A stretch of DNA of 32,000 nucleotides, taken from assembly GCA_048882505.1 (NCBI GenBank), contig JBHLRO010000020.1, positions 1 through 32,000 of the forward strand. The letters are read 5' to 3'. The position numbers were made by a program, and so were the translations under genes. Below are positions 9,132 to 16,845 of this stretch, one piece after another (the first letter of the stretch is position 1; each line of letters opens with the position of its first letter). The stretch is from Candidatus Thorarchaeota archaeon (GTDB taxonomy: Archaea; Asgardarchaeota; Heimdallarchaeia; Hodarchaeales; Hodarchaeaceae). The notes under the pieces are model-generated. The model saw only the letters and a program-made list of their open reading frames with translations. It was not told the DNA's origin and did no database searches.

Positions 9132-9716
9132 TCACCTTTCAGGTTTATTTCGAGGTTTCAAATCCCAAACCTTAATCGATTCATAGATAAACGCAACTGT
9201 TCCAATTATTAATGCGAATAAAAATAAATTTGCTCCTAGGCTCATAACGAAGTCATCTCCCAAGATAAGAAATGAAACTAGGTAAATTAGAAATCCAATC
9301 AGAAAAATAACCAGGTAAACTGAGAAACGGGGAATCATCATATTCCCGACTGTCACATAGAAACTTAGGAGCCCTGATTTGACTTTTCCATTCACAACAT
9401 ATTTCTCACCTGTTTCATCCTTTGAAACTCGACCAGTCTCGATCAGCTTTTTTATTTGATAATACGCGAGTCCAGGGGAAGAAAAGTTAAGAGCTTGATG
9501 AATTTCACGTATACTTGCAGGGCCTTTTTCCAAAAGGTACCAGTATACCTGTAATGTTTTTCCTTGGAGGAGCTCATCAGGAAAAGATGAATTAGTGGTT
9601 GTGGTTATTTTTTCAACCTTTTTAATTGTCATACTTCTTGTTTCTTCTGTTGAAATTTCTATGATCCCCTGTTCCTCTTTTATCTTCTCTTTTTGGTGCT
9701 CTTTTGATGATTTCAT
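9132..9716 (-). CDS. Winged HTH transcription regulator with two C-terminal TM helices
   Basis: LQGKTLQVYWYLLEKGPASIREIHQALNFSSPGLAYYQIKKLIETGRVSKD is an ArsR/TrmB-like wHTH; followed by PRFSVYLVIFLIGFLIYLVSFLIL and LFLFALIIGTVAFIYE TM segments; ATGA overlap with the upstream SBP stop. Confidence 0.85.
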   Translation of the reverse strand: MKSSKEHQKEKIKEEQGIIEISTEETRSMTIKKVEKITTTTNSSFPDELLQGKTLQVYWYLLEKGPASIREIHQALNFSSPGLAYYQIKKLIETGRVSKDETGEKYVVNGKVKSGLLSFYVTVGNMMIPRFSVYLVIFLIGFLIYLVSFLILGDDFVMSLGANLFLFALIIGTVAFIYESIKVWDLKPRNKPER

Positions 9717-11899
9717 TGGTCTTTGTCCCCTTTCCTTATATATTTTGTGACTTTTTGGTTGCGTACGATCGTGAAACTGATGCTCAATATCATAACCAAG
9801 GAGATTCCCAATACAACCGGAAAAAAGTTAAAGGATAGTTCCTTAACAAAGTCTCCTAACCGTAATAAATTTTCTCCTCCTTGTAATTGCACTTCAATAA
9901 ATCTGAGGGATGAGTTCAGATTTACTGTTTCTAGCTCAATCCAAGTACCTTCAATATTGTCATATTTATACAAAACTAATGTTTCCCCCTTCCTATTACC
10001 GATCTCCTCAGGATCATAATAGGAACGAAAAGAATAAGTACGCTCTTGATCAGCAACTTTAATCTGATAAAACTTGCCTTGGCCAGCGTATTGAGGAAGA
10101 AACGTTTCTAACTTACGATCCATTTGAACAGAGTTGACCATAAGTGGATTATTATCTTCATTCGTTATTATTGCATCAATATAGGGAAAATAGAGCGATT
10201 CAGTTTGCATCAAAACATTAGAAACTGTCTTTGATGGAAATACCCGAAAATCAGAAATCTTAAAGTTAATTGTAGCATTATTCTGTGGATGGGTATAATC
10301 AAACTGAAAACGCAGATTTGAATCGAACGTGTAGTATGAGGCTGAATCACTAGATTGGTAAAACGTGAAAATCTCTTTCTGAATGAGAAGAAAAGGACAT
10401 TCTTCTTGAGCTAGTTGTAAAACCTTTTGATAATAAAATTCCCGTTCTTGATGCACTGGGGTGGTTTGCCCCTCTATGATTAGAGTATCCATTAGAGGAT
10501 TTGAATATCCCCCATAATTTCTTTCCCCTTCAGTATGCATCATTTGCTGTGTTATGTAAGGATCAGTTAGGACATACGGCATGATTCCGATATCAAACTC
10601 ACCAGTTTCCAACATTTCCGTATAAGAAGGATCCTCAACGATTTCGCATTCAATCCCCACTTGTTCAAGGGATTCCTGGATAAAGGATGCATGAAATCCA
10701 GCCGCAGGTACTCTTACCAATTTCAACGAGAAACGAGTACCATCAGTTCCTCTGACATACCCCTCTTGATCTAATAGACTATTGGCCCTTTTTAAATCGA
10801 AGGGGTACCCTTCGACAGTTGAGTCATAACCAAAAGCCCCCTCTGGTAATAAGGAACGCAGAGGTTTGCGATTATCCTCTAAAAACATTTGTGTTAATCT
10901 TACATTGTTTACTGCGTAGTTGATTGCTTTACGGACATTTTTATTTGCCAATTCAGGACGATCAAAGTTGAAAACGCCAACATAGGCATATGGTGAATCA
11001 AGAAGTTCTATTTTCTTCCAAGAGGGATCATTGACAGTATCAATATACGATCCAAAGCCTACAAAGTCGAGTTCGTGCTGATTGATGGCTTCTATGTACT
11101 CCGCGCTAAAGGCTTCATAGAAATAATAATGAATTTCTTTAAAGGGAGCAAGGCCCTCATGATACTGGTTAAACCGATAGAATTGCAAAAAGGATGAAGT
11201 AGACTCATCTAAGTTAACGTAATAGGGGCCTGTTCCTATTGGAGAAACAAAGTCTGTTCCATTGAAACTATTAAGGGATGCAATTTTGAGATATGGAAGT
11301 AAGTTTTGAAATGGCGCAAACGGTTCGGAAAAATGAACTTTGACCTCAAACTCACTCACTATCTCAACAGAAGGATTTACCCATGATGTATTTAAAGAGT
11401 TTAAAAACGCATTATTGAGGTCCAAAAAGCCTCTTTCCATATTTAATGCTACCGCCGAGGCATTGAATCTAGAACCATCATGAAAAAAGATATCATCTCG
11501 AAGATCAAACGTCCAATGTTTACTGTCGTTCGTTACGAAGAATTGAGTGGCGAGAGTGGGTAAAATCTCGGCTTTATCCTCATCATATTCTACAAGTGAT
11601 TCATAAATTAACGACATTGGCATAAATTTGTAATAATTGAGAGGATCAAGGTTAAGTACAGAGCCCTCCAGTAGGATATCTTCACCCATACGTAGGATTT
11701 CAGGCGGCTCAGATTGATCTATTTTTGAAGGAATTGAATGGAGATTTAGCTGGTTTTGATTTGTTAAAACCGGAGATCTGGACGAAATCTCTCCTGAAAT
11801 TGTCTCGTGAATTACCACAAGCAATATGACAAGGATTATGAGCTGCCTTCTGTCCATTACTTTGATCCTGCCTTGGTTCCTTTTTTCAAATTCTCCCAC
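9713..11899 (-). CDS. Family-5 solute-binding protein (canonical order) with extra C-terminal domain and C-terminal TM anchor
   Basis: LNLDP...YESLVEY...PTLA...WTFDLRDDIFFHDGSRFNASAV, IGTGPY, NKNVRKAINYAVN, ANSLLDQEGY, LEQVGIEC, REFYYQKVLQLAQEECPFL; then a ~150-aa beta-rich domain (LYKYDNIEGTWIEL), a TM and a basic tail. Confidence 0.9.
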   Translation of the reverse strand: MGEFEKRNQGRIKVMDRRQLIILVILLVVIHETISGEISSRSPVLTNQNQLNLHSIPSKIDQSEPPEILRMGEDILLEGSVLNLDPLNYYKFMPMSLIYESLVEYDEDKAEILPTLATQFFVTNDSKHWTFDLRDDIFFHDGSRFNASAVALNMERGFLDLNNAFLNSLNTSWVNPSVEIVSEFEVKVHFSEPFAPFQNLLPYLKIASLNSFNGTDFVSPIGTGPYYVNLDESTSSFLQFYRFNQYHEGLAPFKEIHYYFYEAFSAEYIEAINQHELDFVGFGSYIDTVNDPSWKKIELLDSPYAYVGVFNFDRPELANKNVRKAINYAVNNVRLTQMFLEDNRKPLRSLLPEGAFGYDSTVEGYPFDLKRANSLLDQEGYVRGTDGTRFSLKLVRVPAAGFHASFIQESLEQVGIECEIVEDPSYTEMLETGEFDIGIMPYVLTDPYITQQMMHTEGERNYGGYSNPLMDTLIIEGQTTPVHQEREFYYQKVLQLAQEECPFLLIQKEIFTFYQSSDSASYYTFDSNLRFQFDYTHPQNNATINFKISDFRVFPSKTVSNVLMQTESLYFPYIDAIITNEDNNPLMVNSVQMDRKLETFLPQYAGQGKFYQIKVADQERTYSFRSYYDPEEIGNRKGETLVLYKYDNIEGTWIELETVNLNSSLRFIEVQLQGGENLLRLGDFVKELSFNFFPVVLGISLVMILSISFTIVRNQKVTKYIRKGDKDQ

Positions 11900-13202
11900 T
11901 AGTTTGCTTTATCTTTTCGGATGGTCGTAGACGTCGAAGACGAATTATTAGAACTAATGCACCCACAACGAAGAAGAAAATCTCTCCAATTTGAAAGCCA
12001 GAAGCAGAAACAGAAGTTTCCATGGCTTTGATCAGCCAAAAATCGTCATTTCCTGCACCTTTTGATGCTGTTCCACCTACTACCATAAAGGTACCATCAG
12101 TATTCAGAAGAATGGCCAATCCCGTATCATCACTTGAGCCTCCTAGTGCTTTATGCCATAATTCATTCCCTGAGGCATTTGTTTTAACTACCCATGCGTC
12201 AGATTGTCCTGCTCCAAAAGAATTGGTTTCTCCAGTCAAAAGAAAATCCCCATTCGCGGTTTCAACTAAAGCTTTATCGCAGCAAGAATTATCCCAGCCA
12301 AAGCCACCGTAAGTTTTAATCCAGTCAACCGTGCCATTTTCAAGCACTTTAACTAAAATAAAGTCATTACTTCCCGCAGCACCATGTAAATCGGATCCTC
12401 CCGATAACAGATACGCCCCATTAGAAGTTTGAATGATATTGTTGAAAAAATCATGACCTGCTGTACCAAACGGATTCTTCCATTCCAGGTGTCCGGTACT
12501 ATTAGTTTTATGGATTCCGTGACCGCCACTAAGGGCAAAGCCGCCATCTGTAGTTTGAATTACAGACAGTCCCCGTCCAGCTCCTAACGTCCGATTCCAC
12601 GCTACTTGTCCCGTGCTATTCACTTTCAATAACCAGATATTCTGACCACCCGTGCCATAAGACCACGTTGCACCGGTCAGAATAAAGTCTCCATCTGAGG
12701 TAGAGACCGCTGACCGAAAAATTTCATCCGCAGGCCCTCCATATGAGTTATTCCATAGATGATTGCCCTGGGGGTCAACTCGGACTATCCAAAAATCTTT
12801 CCCCCCTTTACCAAAGGATTCAGTATGGCCAAGCATGGCAAATCCATGATCTGCGGTCTGTAAGACGACAAAACCATGATCGTTGTCTGACCCACCATAG
12901 GTGTTATTCCACAATACAGCGCCATTCGCATCCGTTTTTATTAACCAAAAATCTTGCCCCCCTTCTCCAAATGAGTTTGTCGTGCCGAAAACAGCAAACC
13001 CACCATCCGAGGTATGAATAACGGTTGAACCCCAATCATCTGCACTGCCCCCATAGGTTTTCTCCCACACAACTCCTAAAGTTTCTGCTTCTACCCTTGT
13101 TATTGTGTTTGTAATTGCAACTACTCCAGCGGTTCCAGTCAAAATACTAATCACGAGGCCACTGACGAGTAATTGTGTTTTCAAATTAAATTTCTCGTTC
13201 AT
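11886..13202 (-). CDS. Secreted, membrane-anchored 7-bladed beta-propeller surface protein (paralog of 7637-9004)
   Basis: Signal peptide, seven repeats (WEKTYGGSADD...DFWLIKTDANG), and C-terminal ASGFQIGEIFFFVVGALVLIIRLRR resembling a PGF-type CTERM anchor; 14-nt overlap with the SBP start. Confidence 0.88.
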   Translation of the reverse strand: MNEKFNLKTQLLVSGLVISILTGTAGVVAITNTITRVEAETLGVVWEKTYGGSADDWGSTVIHTSDGGFAVFGTTNSFGEGGQDFWLIKTDANGAVLWNNTYGGSDNDHGFVVLQTADHGFAMLGHTESFGKGGKDFWIVRVDPQGNHLWNNSYGGPADEIFRSAVSTSDGDFILTGATWSYGTGGQNIWLLKVNSTGQVAWNRTLGAGRGLSVIQTTDGGFALSGGHGIHKTNSTGHLEWKNPFGTAGHDFFNNIIQTSNGAYLLSGGSDLHGAAGSNDFILVKVLENGTVDWIKTYGGFGWDNSCCDKALVETANGDFLLTGETNSFGAGQSDAWVVKTNASGNELWHKALGGSSDDTGLAILLNTDGTFMVVGGTASKGAGNDDFWLIKAMETSVSASGFQIGEIFFFVVGALVLIIRLRRLRPSEKIKQTSGRI

Positions 13203-13288
13203 AGCTCGTATCTTCCTTCAATTGGATCGAATTCTATCAGAAATTAATATTTTTATCATAAGAATGAACTAATTGGCTTTTTTCGGTC

Positions 13289-13303
13289 TATTTAAACTTT
13301 TCC
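13289..13303 (-). promoter_or_regulatory. Candidate archaeal BRE+TATA promoter of the 13202-9132 operon
   Basis: Minus strand reads GGAAAAG-TTTAAATA (purine-rich BRE-like element then TATA-like box), about 90 bp upstream of ATG 13202. Confidence 0.55.
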
Positions 13304-13316
13304 ACGGTTGTTTAAA

Positions 13317-13373
13317 GTACTAACGTTAGTACATGGTTATACATTCATCTTTGTTCTGTACTAACGTTAGTAC
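13317..13373. promoter_or_regulatory. Two identical perfect 16-bp palindromes GTACTAACGTTAGTAC (putative tandem operators)
   Basis: Copies at 13317-13332 and 13358-13373, 41 bp apart start to start, just upstream of the candidate BRE/TATA. Confidence 0.8.
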
Positions 13374-13584
13374 TCAAAAAAGTAGGAATTCCTCAAACTG
13401 CCCATACGAAGATGATACCTGAAATTACAAGCCAGACTCATGGAAGATGAAGCTGTATTGTCAATTTAAAATCATTCTAGTCTCGTGTTACCGGGCGGGG
13501 GCGGCTTTTGGCAGAGGAGCAAAAAATATTTAGGAAGTATGTTGGGATGAAAACCAAACCTACTAAGGAAGATGAGGTGGTAAG

Positions 13585-13710
13585 ATGGGCAAGAAAGCAA
13601 AGATGACCAGCAAGGCGGCACGACGTATTCAAAGCACGGCAGATCGGTCAGGCAAAAATCGAGATTTTAAGGCGCGTGCTATGAGAGCGGCCGCAAAAAG
13701 AAAGAAATGA
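13585..13710 (+). CDS. Small basic SMP/LEA-like protein (41 aa), not in the ORF track
   Basis: MGKKAKMTSKAARRIQSTADRSGKNRDFKARAMRAAAKRKK*; GAGGTG SD at 13574-13579; MT-x-x-AA-x-RIQS...F-x-ARA-x-x-AAA pattern of seed-maturation-protein-like repeats. Confidence 0.8.
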   Translation: MGKKAKMTSKAARRIQSTADRSGKNRDFKARAMRAAAKRKK

Positions 13711-13897
13711 CCCCCATTTTACAGTTAAATTTGCTTCAAGGGTCATTATGACACGAATTCAAAGAGATTGAATAAGAAAGAAAGCGCCAATCGTCAGATC
13801 GAATTAGGAGAAATTTCAAAAGTAAACGAAGAGGGGGAGAGGAAAACCACGGTACCATTTCGAGAGATATTCGAGATTAGCAATTTAGTTGCACTAA

Positions 13898-14374
13898 GAA
13901 AATCGTTGGGGGAAAAAGAAACCCAAAAGACCGTACTCCTGGTTCGGGCCGAAAGATTCGGTGGAGGAATCGGATTATCACCTCTTGTTACTCCCCATTG
14001 CTGCAGATAATCGGAGCTTCTTTGAGTCGTTATTTAATGCCACCGCTCTGTTAGAAAGTATGACCCGTGCCACCTTGCTGAATGCAACCATTTCGAACAC
14101 GACGGCCCTTGCCTGGTTCAAATATCAGCAGATTCTTGATGTGAAATATGAATGGAGTGCCCAAACGGGCATTCTAATCCGTAAAGAAATTACCGCACCT
14201 TCGGGGCGCCAATTGGTGGTTATTCCAGGTAAAGGTTTAGTTATGAAATGGGGACCGACCTTAGAAGACCTGGTAATACCTGTGGGCCTCCTGGGAGCGG
14301 CCCTTGCAGTTGTCGGCGCAACAACCCGATTATTTTGGTGGTTAAATAAGAGGAACAAAATAGGGAGGTGGTGA
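13898..14374 (+). pseudogene. 5'-truncated or frameshifted C-terminal part of a membrane-anchored surface protein
   Basis: Frame open from 13898 (track start GTG 13961). N-x-S/T sequons, YEWSAQTGILIRKE beta-hairpin, C-terminal TM plus basic tail, no signal peptide. The upstream 13768 ORF may join via a +1 shift at the G5A5 run 13908-13917. Confidence 0.45.
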
Positions 14375-14481
14375 ATTATGCGATGCCTCCTGAAGAGGGC
14401 GGTACAGGCCCATTTAAATGACGGAAATAACCGTAAACTGGTGAGAATGGAATTTTTGTTCTTAACTCCATTTTCTCTTTT

Positions 14482-16032
14482 TTAATCTCTTAAGACGTGT
14501 GGAGAAATCCACTGCAAAGTGTGTTTCTGAAACCAATCTATTTGGGGAGTAATTGGGGTATAGTAACTAGTAATAGGGAAGACATTCCAGCCTAGATCGT
14601 TTTTTATCCATTTATGAAGAGGAGCAGTTAAATGGGTAAGTACCAGGATAAAACGCGGTGTGAAGAATAAATCAGAAAAGGGGAGCAGCTCCAGAAATCG
14701 TTGTAATTGGAAGAGAGGAAGAGAAGGCAAAATTAAGCAGTAATAATCAAGTGAAAATTCCTGTACAAGGTACCAGGATACGAAGCCAACATTCATCACA
14801 CGATTGTAGTACAGTTGCTTGAGCAGACCAATTTCTGCAATAGTAAGTTGCTTTACAGACCTGTCGGGTCTTATTCGGGAAATTAAAGGAAGGACGGAAT
14901 AATCATAATTGGGAGGAATTTGGCAATAAAGTTCAATGATCTGTAGAGGGAGTGGATGTTGTGTAAAACTCCATCGGGAGTTAAAAGGAGGGGGATAGAA
15001 GAGGGAGGATGGCCCTTTCTGGACGCCTTGAAATGTCTGGGAAGTCAATTCGGGAGTTATACGTCGTAGCATTGTTATTGATGGTTTGGTCCAGCCTGTA
15101 TTTGCGCGATATAAACGTAAAGAAGCACTTTTTTGAGAAGTTTGTACCTTAGCCATTCCAGCGAGACTCAGGAGATCATTCTCTTCGCAGCGCTTAAAAT
15201 ATGACATTAACTGTTCGATGTTATGGTCAGGCACTAGAAAAATGCCTAGATAGCTGTGTGGTTGATCGCTTACACGATATACATTGCTTGTGCGAAGTGT
15301 GGTATTCCTTGCTTGATTGCAGTCAATGACTGATTCTATGGTGACTGAAGGATCGATTTCGAATCTTACAATTAAAACCTCTAATCCAAATGCTGGAGGA
15401 TACAAATGAAAGAACCAGCGAGCATCTATCAAAGCAAAAAGGCGTTTCAATTCAGGTGTGGAGTGGAGCTTGGAAATTATCGCCTGTTCATCCAAATAAA
15501 CCCGTAATCGGGTAGGATCCATGGCATAAATCCCCGATTCAGTTATAAATGAATAAACAGCTTCAAGGATTCGAATTTGTTCGTCAGTGAGCGATATTAG
15601 ACGCCTATTACTCTCATATTGTAATTCTTCCCAGGCAAAATCTCCAAACGATATACCACGTCGAGTTAATTGGTAAATTCCGCTCTTTGGAGTCGCTCCA
15701 CGAAGAATATGGATCATATAGGTATAAAATTCATTGGCATGATACTTGAAGGTGTTTAATAGAAGAAGATGGGCGTTTTTTAGAAAAGTTCCGATACACC
15801 AGTAGAATGGGGTCGTTAAATAAATTTCTGATCCCAAAATCTCCTGTCGAAGGTTCGTCATACGTTGGGCAAGTCGCTTTCGGTCGTAGTTTGCTTCCTT
15901 AAAGTGATTGAGAACTTGGAGAAGTTTGTTCAGAATCAACTGGTCTTCCGGTGGATATTGAGCAAAATTTTCGGGGAGGTGGTTCAAAATGGTTAGAAGC
16001 GACTGTTGTAGACTTTCCCGAACTCGTGCCAA
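14482..16032 (-). CDS. Large hypothetical protein, possibly tandem Lrp/AsnC-like (wHTH + RAM) modules
   Basis: 516 aa; LTDEQIRILEAV helix, PPAFGLEVLIVRF...YLGIFLVP...LMSYF ferredoxin-like pattern, and a second copy (AEIGLLKQLYYNRV...SLDYYCLILP) ending DWFQKHTLQW. Fold assignment is an inference. Confidence 0.55.
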   Translation of the reverse strand: MARVRESLQQSLLTILNHLPENFAQYPPEDQLILNKLLQVLNHFKEANYDRKRLAQRMTNLRQEILGSEIYLTTPFYWCIGTFLKNAHLLLLNTFKYHANEFYTYMIHILRGATPKSGIYQLTRRGISFGDFAWEELQYESNRRLISLTDEQIRILEAVYSFITESGIYAMDPTRLRVYLDEQAIISKLHSTPELKRLFALIDARWFFHLYPPAFGLEVLIVRFEIDPSVTIESVIDCNQARNTTLRTSNVYRVSDQPHSYLGIFLVPDHNIEQLMSYFKRCEENDLLSLAGMAKVQTSQKSASLRLYRANTGWTKPSITMLRRITPELTSQTFQGVQKGPSSLFYPPPFNSRWSFTQHPLPLQIIELYCQIPPNYDYSVLPLISRIRPDRSVKQLTIAEIGLLKQLYYNRVMNVGFVSWYLVQEFSLDYYCLILPSLPLFQLQRFLELLPFSDLFFTPRFILVLTHLTAPLHKWIKNDLGWNVFPITSYYTPITPQIDWFQKHTLQWISPHVLRD

Positions 16033-16319
16033 AGCCGGAGTCTCCGTTTAAACCGTTGAGAATAATACTTTAATAGCTCAAAACGCCTCGTTCTGTATCT
16101 TTAATCGATGGAAATGGGATCTACCCTTTTTCTTCCTCATAGTTGAAGTTAGATTTTCGCGATCCCAATTGTTCTAGAAATTAATAGATTCCAGGATTCT
16201 ATTAACTAGGATGTTTCTGATTTATGGTGTTTCGATTTACGGATAGCGGATACAAGGCCATCCTGAAATTGAGAATATAAAACTAGCAGGGTAATCTTTT
16301 CACCTTCTTTTTCAAAATC

Positions 16320-16626
16320 CTATTGAAGAAATGTTGATGATTGTAGAAAGAGAGGAAGAGTGAGTAGATCCACGAGGAGGAAGAACCCAAGGAAACCATA
16401 AAGGACGATATCATCCCTCATAAGAAGGTTGTGAGGGAGAATAATGGAGACGAAGATTACGAAGCTTAAAGAGAACAGGATACCGGAGAATGAAGCGTGC
16501 AGGATGATACCTTTTGGTCGTTCTAATTTGAGTCGCTAATGCCCCCAATGCCGTAAGCAGCATGAGAAGGGATATTCCAGATACAGGTCGAAACATATTC
16601 GGTTTGAGGAAGGTGATCTTCCCCAT
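16320..16626 (-). pseudogene. Frameshifted small membrane protein (about 101 aa when repaired)
   Basis: MGKITFLKPNMFRPVSGISLLMLLTALGALATQ continues, after removing one base in the A run at 16527-16529, as LERPKGIILHASFSGILFSLSFVIFVSIILPHNLLMRDDIVLYGFLGFFLLVDLLTLPLFLQSSTFLQ* (3 TM). Confidence 0.5.
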
Positions 16627-16845
16627 CCTAACACGCGTTCTTGTTTGTAAAGCTTGATTAATCTAGCCCACCTAAAATGGATCCGACGAGTCAATGAGAC
16701 CCGTCCGTACGAAAACATGTCCTCTGTACTGATAGAAAAAGAAGTAATATCTTACTGAACACCAAAGGAGAATATAGGAATTACGCAGGAGCTAAAAGCC
16801 ATTTTACTGGAATTAGAGCCAGGAGAGCCGATTGCTTTAAGCAAA

